Shown one piece after another: positions 19,036-27,980 of a stretch of 64,000 nucleotides of DNA. The notes under the pieces were generated by a model. It had not been told where the DNA came from, did not search any database, and was given only the letters and a program-made list of their open reading frames with translations. The translations under genes and the position numbers were made by a program. This DNA is from Bacilli bacterium. Its GTDB lineage: Bacteria; Bacillota_I; Bacilli_A; RFN20; CAG-826. Within the stretch, counting starts at the first letter, position 1. The number at the start of each line of letters is the position of its first letter. The stretch lies in the NCBI GenBank assembly GCA_028705995.1, contig JAQWCH010000004.1, positions 11,064 to 75,063 of the forward strand, in the 5' to 3' direction.

Positions 19036-19845
19036 TTAGATATTAACTTCGTTATGAAGAATTTCTTCGCGATCCATTGCGCGCTTTAATGAGTGCCAAA
19101 CCGCTTCAACTTTATCACTTGTTAAATGATCAAAGATTAGTACATCTTTTTTGAATAATTGTGCGAGTTTTCCAAATTCTTTTCCATAAGCAACCAAGCG
19201 CTCTGTTGGATTATTTAACAAGTAGGTTTGAAGTTCTTCACTTGTTTCAATATCGATGCAATGATAGGTGCGACGAAGCCGTGACCGTAGTTGAGCATTA
19301 ATCCCTTGTGGAAGTAACAATTTAAAGGATTGATAATCAAAGGCTTTGATCGCTTCTTCTCCGACCTTGCTAATGCTATTATTAATTTCGTAAAATAAAG
19401 GGTCACCGACCACCATATCAACCAAGACGATTGGTGCAAGGTTAATTGGGCTTGCTTCACGAAAGAATTCGTTGGTTGTTCCGTGAAAAATAATGCCATC
19501 AACATTGGTTAATGATTCCACTGGGCCATTTCCGTGATAAACTAAATCATAGCCATCACGGGCAATGCGCGTGGTCAGTGCTTTGACAAAAGCAAATTCG
19601 TCCAGCGCGCCAATTCGACTACTGGCTTCTCCTGTATAAAGCGCAATATTAAAAGTCTTTCCCCGAGCTAAATTACGGGCAGAGGCATTGCCCTTATAAT
19701 TGTACAGGTTGACAATTTGAAGAACTTTGTTTCTTGTTGTTTCAGAGATTTTCTGATCTTTGCGGTCATTGAGGACGTAGGAGACCGTGGCTACTGAGAC
19801 GCCCGACTCACGAGCGATGTCCTTAATAGTTACTTTCTTTTTCAT
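19036..19845 (-). CDS. LacI-family transcriptional regulator (short, 269 aa)
   Basis: N-terminal HTH VTIKDIARESGVSVATVSYVLN followed by a sugar-binding-type domain. It is divergent from a GH13 gene. Confidence 0.8.
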   Translation of the reverse strand: MKKKVTIKDIARESGVSVATVSYVLNDRKDQKISETTRNKVLQIVNLYNYKGNASARNLARGKTFNIALYTGEASSRIGALDEFAFVKALTTRIARDGYDLVYHGNGPVESLTNVDGIIFHGTTNEFFREASPINLAPIVLVDMVVGDPLFYEINNSISKVGEEAIKAFDYQSFKLLLPQGINAQLRSRLRRTYHCIDIETSEELQTYLLNNPTERLVAYGKEFGKLAQLFKKDVLIFDHLTSDKVEAVWHSLKRAMDREEILHNEVNI

Positions 19846-19851
19846 ACTTAA

Positions 19852-19880
19852 ATTATAAGTAAGTTAAGTAAAATAAGCAA
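19852..19880 (-). promoter_or_regulatory. Candidate sigma-A promoter giving a leaderless mRNA for the LacI-family gene
   Basis: On the minus strand: TTGCTT (19880-19875), a 17-nt spacer, TATAAT (19857-19852), then only 6 nt (TTAAGT) before the ATG at 19845. There is no Shine-Dalgarno sequence. Confidence 0.45.
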
Positions 19881-19911
19881 ATAAAACACTTATCCATTGA
19901 AGGAGTTAAAT

Positions 19912-21615
19912 ATGAACGAAATTGCCCTGTTCCATCAACCCGAAAGTGCCTATGGTTACGCCATTGACCAACACCGTTATCACCTGCGCCTAAGAGTTGA
20001 TAAAAAAGATGTAATCGATGAAATTGTTGTTCTTTATAACGATAAATTTTTGTATCAAAAAGCCCAACTTAAACTCGCGATGAAGCGCCAACATAGCGAT
20101 CATTTTTTTGCTTATTATGAGACGATTATTTATTTAGATATTCCGCGGCTTGCTTACGTATTTTTAATTAAGAGCAAGGGTAAATCACTGTATTATTCAG
20201 AAGACGGATTAACAGAAAAGTATGATTTTGTTAATTCTTTTTACCATCATTTTCAAATTCCCACAAATAGTGATGCTGATTTAATAAGGCCAGTTACTTG
20301 GGTGAATAATACTGTTTTTTATCAAATTTTTGTCGAACGTTTTGCAATCGGAAATCACCATAAGTCAATGGATTATATCAATGCTACTTGGGATCAAAAG
20401 CCACTACCAAAGTCTTTTTATGGCGGTGATCTCCAAGGTATTATTGATCATCTTGATTACTTAATAGATTTAGGGATCAACGCCATTTATTTAACTCCAA
20501 TTAATCCAAGTAAGAGTAATCATAAATACGACATCAGCGACTACTATGATGTTGACCAAATGTTCGGCGATAAAGCAACTTTGAAAAATTTAATTGATCG
20601 TGCTCATAGTAATGGAATTCGCGTTATTCTTGATGCGGTATTCAACCATTGTTCAAGTGAACACCCCTGGTTTGTTGATGTAATCAATAATGGTAAAAAA
20701 TCGCCATATTATGATTTCTTTTTTATTGATGGTGATTATCCTATGCCCAATCAACATCCACTAAATTATCAATCATTTGCTTTTACACGTTATATGCCTA
20801 AACTCAACTCATCAAATTTAAAGTTACAAGAAGAATTGATAAAAATCGGTCTTTATTGGATTAAGGAATTTGATATTGATGGTTGGCGACTTGATGTATC
20901 CGATGAAGTTGCCCACGCTTTTTGGCGTAAATTTAGGACCGCAATTAAATCCGCCAAACCAGAAGCGCTTATCATCGGTGAAAACTGGCACCGTGCCCAT
21001 AGTTGGCTCCAAGGAGACCAATTCGATAGCATAATGAATTACGGTTATACAAAAGCTGCTCTCGATTATTTTGCTTGGCATAAACTTGACGCAGAAGGTT
21101 TTGTTGATAAATTAAATAATCTACTGATGCAATATTCTGATCCGATAAATCATATGATGTTGAATTTACTTGACTCTCATGATACTCATCGTTTTTATAG
21201 TGAGTGTAAAGAAGATATCGATATCATGCTTCAAGCATTGGCGTTTACAATTTTCTTTGTTGGCGTCCCTTGTATTTATTATGGAACTGAAGTTCCCATA
21301 AACGGTGGTTATGATCCGGACTCACGTCGTGGAATGCCTTGGAATCAATTAAATACTAAAAACACCTATTGGCAAAATGTTAAAAAATTAATCAAAATTC
21401 GGAAAAGCGAAAAAAGCTTTAATCATTTCGATTATCAGATAACTTATGAAAACAATCTCATTATCGTGCAGCGCGGAATCGAGAATGATGGACTAATTCT
21501 CATATTAGCCGACCAATCAACAAAGGTTGAAATTAAGTTAAAAGAAGTGCTATTTGCAACTGGTTTTGATGGGAAATCATTACAAAAATCTGGTTTTATA
21601 ATTGCCCGTATATAA
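19912..21615 (+). CDS. GH13 neopullulanase / cyclomaltodextrinase / maltogenic amylase-type enzyme
   Basis: Start moved to the ATG at 19912 (AGGAG at 19901-19905); the track start at 19897 is a TTG. The N-terminal domain is typical of this subfamily (LFHQPESAYGYAI...LRLRV). GH13 regions DAVFNHCS, GWRLDVSDEV, IGENWH and LLDSHD are present. Confidence 0.85.
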   Translation: MNEIALFHQPESAYGYAIDQHRYHLRLRVDKKDVIDEIVVLYNDKFLYQKAQLKLAMKRQHSDHFFAYYETIIYLDIPRLAYVFLIKSKGKSLYYSEDGLTEKYDFVNSFYHHFQIPTNSDADLIRPVTWVNNTVFYQIFVERFAIGNHHKSMDYINATWDQKPLPKSFYGGDLQGIIDHLDYLIDLGINAIYLTPINPSKSNHKYDISDYYDVDQMFGDKATLKNLIDRAHSNGIRVILDAVFNHCSSEHPWFVDVINNGKKSPYYDFFFIDGDYPMPNQHPLNYQSFAFTRYMPKLNSSNLKLQEELIKIGLYWIKEFDIDGWRLDVSDEVAHAFWRKFRTAIKSAKPEALIIGENWHRAHSWLQGDQFDSIMNYGYTKAALDYFAWHKLDAEGFVDKLNNLLMQYSDPINHMMLNLLDSHDTHRFYSECKEDIDIMLQALAFTIFFVGVPCIYYGTEVPINGGYDPDSRRGMPWNQLNTKNTYWQNVKKLIKIRKSEKSFNHFDYQITYENNLIIVQRGIENDGLILILADQSTKVEIKLKEVLFATGFDGKSLQKSGFIIARI

Positions 21616-21626
21616 AAAACGCCATC

Positions 21627-22256
21627 TCATTTTGTGATGACAGCGTTATTTTTTTGATATGCTTCTTCAATCTGCTCAATAATTATTTTCCATTGTGCGG
21701 GATCGTTCATATCGCCAGGATCGAGGTATAATATCTTGCTCTTTGGTAAATGATAATGGCTATAGATTTTATCTAGTAATGCGTAATAGTGTTGGTAATG
21801 GAAATTCAGATAATCTTCTTGGCCTTTTTCAACGTCGCGGCTACGCCGATAAACGTTTTTAAATAGTTGCGCTTTTGAACGTACGATGACAATTTCTAAA
21901 TCGAGTGGTTGGACATGATGCCGACACAAATCGCAAATTTCATATGTTAATGCCACTTGATGTGCATTCATTAATCCTTGTAATTGTAAAATTTCCGCAA
22001 AAACTAAATTAGAAAATAATGTTGAGTCAGTAATCACGTTTTGATTATTTTCTTCAGCGTGTAAGCGTAAAAATAATTCCCCATAAAAGAAATTTTGAGC
22101 AACAAAGCTCACTTCTTTAATGTTTTGATAATAAATGGCTAAAAACGGACTTGTTGCTACTGGTTCTTCAACTAGTTGTGCGTGAAAATAGGCGGCAAGT
22201 TTGCTCGCTAACAATGATTTTCCGGCCCCAATTGGGCCAATCACACCAATCCGCAT
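21627..22256 (-). CDS. Deoxynucleoside kinase (dAK/dGK family)
   Basis: 209 aa with P-loop GPIGAGKS and lid-like RRSRDVEKG. Length and order of motifs match the dNK family. Confidence 0.75.
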   Translation of the reverse strand: MRIGVIGPIGAGKSLLASKLAAYFHAQLVEEPVATSPFLAIYYQNIKEVSFVAQNFFYGELFLRLHAEENNQNVITDSTLFSNLVFAEILQLQGLMNAHQVALTYEICDLCRHHVQPLDLEIVIVRSKAQLFKNVYRRSRDVEKGQEDYLNFHYQHYYALLDKIYSHYHLPKSKILYLDPGDMNDPAQWKIIIEQIEEAYQKNNAVITK

Positions 22257-22816
22257 TAATAGCCTCCAGAAGCTAAATGCAAATCAATGTTTTCGGATAC
22301 CTTTTTTAAAAACATTTTCCATTCAGCGTCAATCATTTTCGAATTTATGGGTAAAACAATTATTTTGTTTTGATCGACATGATGAATGTTCTCCAAAGCA
22401 ATAATATTTTGGAAATAAGTTTTAATATCATCATTTACATCATGAACCAAAAAATATATATCAAAGTCCGGCAAAGCTTTACAGTGTTCTTCGGCGATTG
22501 AAAGTGATAGACGATAATCTTTTTCATCTAATTTATTTTCTTGATAAAGTTTTTTTGTATTAATAATTTCTTCAATTAGTGTAACGCTACTCACAACTTG
22601 ATGATTATTTTTTGATTGCCACAACGCTAATAAGATTTGCCCATATGCATCATTTTGATGAAGTAGGGCAAAACGTTGAACATCTTCAAATAACAATGAT
22701 GCAAAATAGTCGGGAATGTTGCTTTTTAAAATCTTGTGCGCACCTAGATAATTAGCTAATTCAATGGCGACAAGATCCTTAAGTGATTTATTGGGGGAAA
22801 GAATGCCAATATGCAT
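22256..22816 (-). CDS. Deoxynucleoside-kinase-like paralogue with a degenerate P-loop (probable non-catalytic subunit)
   Basis: 186 aa. The N-terminus MHIGILSPNKSLKDLV aligns with MRIGVIGPIGAGKSLLA of the downstream kinase but lacks GxxGxGKS. No Arg-rich lid is visible. A TAATG 1-nt stop/start overlap joins it to the kinase at 22256. Confidence 0.5.
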   Translation of the reverse strand: MHIGILSPNKSLKDLVAIELANYLGAHKILKSNIPDYFASLLFEDVQRFALLHQNDAYGQILLALWQSKNNHQVVSSVTLIEEIINTKKLYQENKLDEKDYRLSLSIAEEHCKALPDFDIYFLVHDVNDDIKTYFQNIIALENIHHVDQNKIIVLPINSKMIDAEWKMFLKKVSENIDLHLASGGY

Positions 22817-23116
22817 AACAATCTCCTTTCGTCCATAAGCATTATATAGAGAATAATTGTGTATTAAAAGTTAATCGATCAAAATATATAGAAAATAGCT
22901 TAGAGGAAAATTGTAATAAGTTTTTTCCGGTTTTATGTTTAAAAAAAGAAAAAATAAATAGGATGCTCCGATAACGCCTTGCTACTCATGATTATGCGGA
23001 TTTAGTTTGATTAGTGGGTAAAGCTCAACTTTAAATCTATTTTCAAATAACGGCAAATTATATGGAATAAACTCGTTGATATTACGTTATAGATGCCCGC
23101 ATAAATAAAAAGAGCC

Positions 23117-23156
23117 ACAAAAAACACCGATTGAGAATAATTGCTCCGTCGGTGTT
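23117..23156 (-). terminator. Rho-independent terminator after the thioredoxin-like gene
   Basis: Stem aacaccga/tcggtgtt (23123-23156) with an 18-nt loop, followed on the minus strand by TTTTTTGT. Confidence 0.6.
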
Positions 23157-23166
23157 TTTATTTTTC

Positions 23167-23535
23167 TTAAAGAAGTTGTTCTAAATACTCAGCAAGGCTA
23201 TCGTAATCCATCCGATCAGCTTTTATCCGGCTGATTTCTTTAGCGTTACGATAAACAATTATTGTTGGAATTGAAAAAACTTCTAGTTCGCGGGCAAAAC
23301 CACGGTTATCATCTGTATTCATATACCGGACAACAAATTTGTCTTTGAATTCACCAAATAAGGCTTCATCCAATAACGGATATAAATTACGGCAATCCGG
23401 GCACCAAGCGGCACTAATTAAAACTAGAAGCGGTTTATCTCCGACTTGCTTAACAAAATCATGATATGCTTCACGATTTAATGGAATAAATTTTGCTTTA
23501 TCAACTTCAAATAAAATAGGGCGTTCAATCATCAT
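23167..23535 (-). CDS. Thioredoxin-like protein with atypical WCPDC active site
   Basis: 122 aa. LLVLISAAWCPDCRNLYPLL and SIPTIIVY (cis-Pro loop) indicate a thioredoxin fold. It starts immediately after the trxB-like stop (23536). Confidence 0.75.
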   Translation of the reverse strand: MMIERPILFEVDKAKFIPLNREAYHDFVKQVGDKPLLVLISAAWCPDCRNLYPLLDEALFGEFKDKFVVRYMNTDDNRGFARELEVFSIPTIIVYRNAKEISRIKADRMDYDSLAEYLEQLL

Positions 23536-24693
23536 TTAGTCCTCCTTTTGACCATTGAAGAATTTTTGAATCACGAACTCACTTTTAAGACCGAGTTCGT
23601 TATAGAGTATTTTTTGTCGACTGATATCTTGCCGAAACACTTTATATCCTTCGGCAATTAATTCTTTTTCTGCATTTGGTAACATTGCTAGCGCCTTACT
23701 ATCATATGGAGAATAAAATACAAACGCAACTTTGCCGCTTTCTGGGTTTAGTAATTGTTTTATTGTGCGTTTTTCACTTAAGTAACGCTCAGCCGCAATC
23801 GCCGCAATTGCGCCATCTCCGGCCGCTGTTGCAATTTGTCTAACATAAGTATCAGTCACATCACCAACAGCATATAAGCCAGAAACTGATGTTTGTTTAT
23901 CTTTATCAACAAGAATATATCCTGCTTTATCTTTTCTAACTAAATCAGCAACAATTGCCGATTGGGGAACCATGCCAACAAAGAAAAACACACCATCAGC
24001 GGGAACATCTTTTTCTTCGGCGGTTTGGACGTTCTTTAAAGTAATGCCTTCGACGACTTTATCCCCATAAACACGGCTAATTGTGCTATTCCAGATAAAA
24101 TCAATTTTCGGGTTAGCATATGCACGAGCTGCACTAACTTGGTTAGCATCGAGTTTGCCTTCTTTATGAATTACAACAATATGCACTTTACGGGCAAAGT
24201 TGGTTAAATAATCGCCTTCTTCAATCGCTTGATCACCAGCACCGAGCACATAGACTTCTTTATTTTGAAAGTTCGCTCCATCACATGTAGCGCAATACGC
24301 CACTCCACGTCCACGAAATTCTATTTCACCTGGTAATCCAAGAATACGCGGTTCGGTGCCAAGCGCAAGAATTACGGTTTCAGCAAAAAAGTCGCCTTTT
24401 CTTTTTGTTGAAACAATAAAACCATCTTCGACTTTTTTAATTTCTGATACTGAAGTACGCAAAAAAGTAATCGAAGGAAATAATTTAGCATGTTCGTAAA
24501 ACTTTTCGCTTAAACCTGTTCCGCTCAAAGGAATTGCACTTGGATAGTTCTCAATTTGGAGCGTATCATTCATTCGACCACCAAAATTGCCTTTTTCAAT
24601 TAAAAGTGTTTTTAATTCACTGCGACCTGTATAAACGGCGGCGCTTAAACCGGCAGGACCACCACCAACAATGATAATTTCATATCTTTCCAT
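23536..24693 (-). CDS. trxB: Thioredoxin reductase (TrxB-type) with a ~75-aa C-terminal Cys-less glutaredoxin-like extension
   Basis: Trimmed to the ATG at 24693 (MERYEIIIVGGGPAGLSAA), which has a GGAGG RBS. Redox-active CATC lies in GVAYCATCDGANF. An NAD(P)H loop GAGDQAIEEG is present. After the usual TrxB end (AAERYL) there is an extra module KVAFVFYSPYDSKALAML...YKVFRQDI...EFVIQKF. Confidence 0.8.
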   Translation of the reverse strand: MERYEIIIVGGGPAGLSAAVYTGRSELKTLLIEKGNFGGRMNDTLQIENYPSAIPLSGTGLSEKFYEHAKLFPSITFLRTSVSEIKKVEDGFIVSTKRKGDFFAETVILALGTEPRILGLPGEIEFRGRGVAYCATCDGANFQNKEVYVLGAGDQAIEEGDYLTNFARKVHIVVIHKEGKLDANQVSAARAYANPKIDFIWNSTISRVYGDKVVEGITLKNVQTAEEKDVPADGVFFFVGMVPQSAIVADLVRKDKAGYILVDKDKQTSVSGLYAVGDVTDTYVRQIATAAGDGAIAAIAAERYLSEKRTIKQLLNPESGKVAFVFYSPYDSKALAMLPNAEKELIAEGYKVFRQDISRQKILYNELGLKSEFVIQKFFNGQKED

Positions 24694-24978
24694 AACTAAC
24701 CTCCGGTTATATTCTAGTTCTATTTTACCGATATAAAGAGCATCAGCAAATAAAATGCTTAAAAAATATTTTTTAACTATTTTCACTTGAGAAAAAATCT
24801 ACTAATTTATTACTATGTAAATTTTTGCGAAAGTCAATGTAAAAACCGTAAACCTATTAATGTCCTTGTCTAGGTATACATAAATTCAAAAGTGCTTAAC
24901 TGTTTAACTAACGTCAAGGAAAAAAACACATTATTTTTTCATTGACTTTTATCGGTAGTAAGTACACTTTTTGTAGGC

Positions 24979-25006
24979 TTGAAAGTGCATTCCATTAATC
25001 TATAAT
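24979..25006 (+). promoter_or_regulatory. Candidate sigma-A promoter for nrdDG
   Basis: TTGAAA (24979-24984), a 16-nt spacer, then TATAAT (25001-25006). This implies a ~145-nt 5' UTR before the nrdD ATG at 25158. Confidence 0.5.
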
Positions 25007-25157
25007 CAAGTTAATCCATATCTATTTGTGGCGTTAGACGAGAAGTAAATTTAAGGGGAATGTTTTTTTGCACCCTCAAAAATTGCTTATTAAAGTCTAC
25101 GTTTAACAAAAAAATGGATGCTAATTCGAAATAACGTAATTATAGGGAGAAAAAATT

Positions 25158-27149
25158 ATGGGAATGTTTAAAGACACAAACGCACTCATCGACAAATTCA
25201 TTGGTAATGATGACGATAAGCGTTCTGACTATCTAAAGCGGGAGAATTCAAACTTTGTTTATTCCATCGCCTTATTAAGAAAAAATCTTTCAAATCGCGC
25301 TGAAGAAGAATATTTGATGACGAAAATTCTCCCAGAGAATCTTGTTAAACTCTATGAAGAAGGCGTGGTCTATATTCACGACAAACAACTCTCGAGTTAT
25401 TGCCAGTCAGTGAGTTGTAAAGATATTGCGACCAAAGGCCTTCCTTCAATTGCAAAAAACATGTTAGAAAGTGAGCCCGCGAGTTCTTTATCTACTTTAG
25501 TTCGCCATTTTTCTAATATCGTCACATTGATGAGTCAGCAAGTTTCTGGCGCGGTTATGCTTGCCCAAATGACAACAATTTTAGCGTCCTACTTATATGA
25601 CGAAGAGCTTAACGGGGTCGTCTATACAAAAAAACAACTTTTTAAATTAATGTATCAATTAGTCTATGAGTTGAATTTACCATTAAGATCTGGCTCTGAA
25701 TCAGCGTTTAGTAACTGTACATTAGAATTTGGTAAACCATCTGAAGACATCAAAGATGAATACGTTGTTATTGGCGGTATTGGCCGTGATTATAAATATA
25801 AAGATATTCCAAGCAAGTATTTTAACAATATCAATATCGCTTTTATCGATGCGATGGCAAAAGGAACAAACAAAGGAATTCCGCTGACCTTCCCACTTAT
25901 TACTGTGCAAATTGATGATGCTTTCCATTACGATAATCCAATTTTCCTTTATCTATTAGAAAAAATGTATCAGTGGGGTGGTGTCTATTTTGAAAACTTC
26001 CGAACCGAAGCTTTTAACGATGAATATTACCGAAAATTAAATCCCACCATTAAGGCAAAAGATCCAGCAGTTTCACGTTCGCTTTGTTGCCGCTTAAATA
26101 TTGACCTTTCCGTTTTGTCGCGTACCGGTGCTGGTATCTTTGGCTCTTCTGTTGGTAATGTTGGCGCAATTCAAGTTTTAAATCTGAATATGAATCGTGT
26201 GCTTGTTGAATTTGGACACGATAAAGACTTGGTCAAAATCAAGATGCGCGAATACCTAGAAATTATGGAACAAGGTCACTTAGCAAAACGCCGTTGGGTG
26301 GAAGAACATCGAGAATTGTTCCCGACATTCTTTGCCTTTAATGATAGTTTAAAAAATTACTTTAATGTTTTTGCGGTCACTGGGATGCATGAAGGTCTTG
26401 TCAATATCGGCTATCCGCTAGGAATGGTAGATCCGCTTGGTAAGTTATATGCACATGAACTCATGCAATACATGACAGATATCATTAATGATTTTATTGT
26501 CCGTGACCATGTAGCGTGTGGAATTGAATATGCGCCAGCTGAGAACGCTGGTATTAAACTCGCCCGTAGTGACGTAAAATGGGCAAAGCAACAAGGACGG
26601 GAAATCTTTGTTCAAGGTAAAGGTGATGATGTATTTTTGACCTCCGGTTGTATGCTTCCATTTTCGGAAGAAGATTTTACCAAACAAATTGAAAACAATG
26701 CGGAATTCCAAGGCTATGCAACTTCTGGTTCAATTCTCCATCATTTTATTGAAGATAAAATCGCCCCAGAAATTCTTGCCGACTACATTGAGCATTTATT
26801 CCGGAAGCCAATCAATTACATTACATTAACCCCAACAGTGACCAGTTGTTTACACTGCGGTCAAATGATTCTCGCTAGTGATGCCCGTGAAGTAGAAAAA
26901 TGTCCCGTTTGCGGTTCGGCTGATATCGCCACTTTCTCGCGCGTGATTGGTTATGTTCGCATGATCGCCCGCAGTAATATCCGTGTCGATGATAATGGAT
27001 TCTATAAAGGCGATTATAACTTCTGGAGCAAGGCAAGACGTCACGACTGGGCAGCCAGGCGGCGGTTCCACGAAGACGACACTTCTTCATCTTCAACATT
27101 TGAAAATCATGATCAAGTATTACCCAAAACTCGTTCTGAGCTTCAGTGA
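25158..27149 (+). CDS. nrdD: Anaerobic (class III) ribonucleoside-triphosphate reductase
   Basis: 663 aa with a GGGAG RBS 8 nt upstream. The C-terminal zinc ribbon is CLHCG...CPVCGS, followed by the glycyl-radical motif FSRVIGYVR. No N-terminal ATP-cone is recognisable. Confidence 0.9.
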   Translation: MGMFKDTNALIDKFIGNDDDKRSDYLKRENSNFVYSIALLRKNLSNRAEEEYLMTKILPENLVKLYEEGVVYIHDKQLSSYCQSVSCKDIATKGLPSIAKNMLESEPASSLSTLVRHFSNIVTLMSQQVSGAVMLAQMTTILASYLYDEELNGVVYTKKQLFKLMYQLVYELNLPLRSGSESAFSNCTLEFGKPSEDIKDEYVVIGGIGRDYKYKDIPSKYFNNINIAFIDAMAKGTNKGIPLTFPLITVQIDDAFHYDNPIFLYLLEKMYQWGGVYFENFRTEAFNDEYYRKLNPTIKAKDPAVSRSLCCRLNIDLSVLSRTGAGIFGSSVGNVGAIQVLNLNMNRVLVEFGHDKDLVKIKMREYLEIMEQGHLAKRRWVEEHRELFPTFFAFNDSLKNYFNVFAVTGMHEGLVNIGYPLGMVDPLGKLYAHELMQYMTDIINDFIVRDHVACGIEYAPAENAGIKLARSDVKWAKQQGREIFVQGKGDDVFLTSGCMLPFSEEDFTKQIENNAEFQGYATSGSILHHFIEDKIAPEILADYIEHLFRKPINYITLTPTVTSCLHCGQMILASDAREVEKCPVCGSADIATFSRVIGYVRMIARSNIRVDDNGFYKGDYNFWSKARRHDWAARRRFHEDDTSSSSTFENHDQVLPKTRSELQ

Positions 27150-27777
27150 GATTCCTGGGGCACCAACTTTATTAATTCACGCGTTAACTGGTTGTCAGTT
27201 TCATTGTTTTAAATGCTTTAATTATTCTCAAATTGTCAAAAATCCCGGTGATGATGCTTATCTAATCACCGATGTTGTTGATTACATTAAAAAACAAAAT
27301 GATCTTTTCGGTTATATCGTTTTTAGTGGCGGTGAGTTTTTAAACGCTGCTTTAAATGATTTAATTGCAGATTTAACATTAGTAAAAAGCATTAGCGATA
27401 AACCGATTATTGTTTATTCAAATGGCGGTAACCCTGAGAAAATGCAAGTTTTAGATGAACGACAATTAGTCGATGGTTTTCATGTTGATATGAAACTCCC
27501 ATATCATCTTTTATATGACGATGATGCTGATTTAATTGAACTAACAATCGGGATTAAAGTTAAAAACCCTAAAGTGTTTTTTGCCCCTTATCTCCGCGCT
27601 TTAGAATTAACTGTGGCGTTAGATCATGGCTTTTCCCGTATTCGCAGTGTAGAATATCCATTTTTAAATGCTTCAGCTTTTGAAGAAAATCGAATTTTTA
27701 TTGATAAATTAAATCAAAAACACAAGAAAAAAACGCCATATGATGTCAATCAATTCATATATCCAGAAGTTGAATAA
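27109..27777 (+). CDS. nrdG: Anaerobic RNR activating enzyme (radical SAM)
   Basis: Trimmed to the ATG at 27109 (MIKYYPKLVLSFSEIPGAPTLLIHALTGCQFHCFKCFNY). It has the CxxxCxxC radical-SAM cluster motif and the SGGE SAM motif. It overlaps the nrdD 3' end by 41 nt. Confidence 0.8.
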   Translation: MIKYYPKLVLSFSEIPGAPTLLIHALTGCQFHCFKCFNYSQIVKNPGDDAYLITDVVDYIKKQNDLFGYIVFSGGEFLNAALNDLIADLTLVKSISDKPIIVYSNGGNPEKMQVLDERQLVDGFHVDMKLPYHLLYDDDADLIELTIGIKVKNPKVFFAPYLRALELTVALDHGFSRIRSVEYPFLNASAFEENRIFIDKLNQKHKKKTPYDVNQFIYPEVE

Positions 27778-27980
27778 ATCTTTTTTATAAAAACAGCTTC
27801 CTTCCTGGTCAAGTATTTCTATGATACCTTTCTTTAATATTTGGAAGCTAATTCATGCTTATAAGTGGTAAAGAAGTCACTGGAATAAACATTAGCACCT
27901 TTTTATATTTTTTTAGCACCATAAAAATTTAATTACTACATTCGATAGATTTCAAAATATATTTTACTCCTAATCGTTGT

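Noticed and set aside
24925-25031. Possible NrdR boxes upstream of nrdD (acacattattttttca at ~24925; ccatatctatttgtgg at ~25016).
   Set aside because: Each matches only about half of the acaCwAtATaTwGtgt consensus as I remember it. They are ~90 bp apart, whereas NrdR boxes normally occur as a helically phased tandem pair. The evidence is not convincing without a motif scan.
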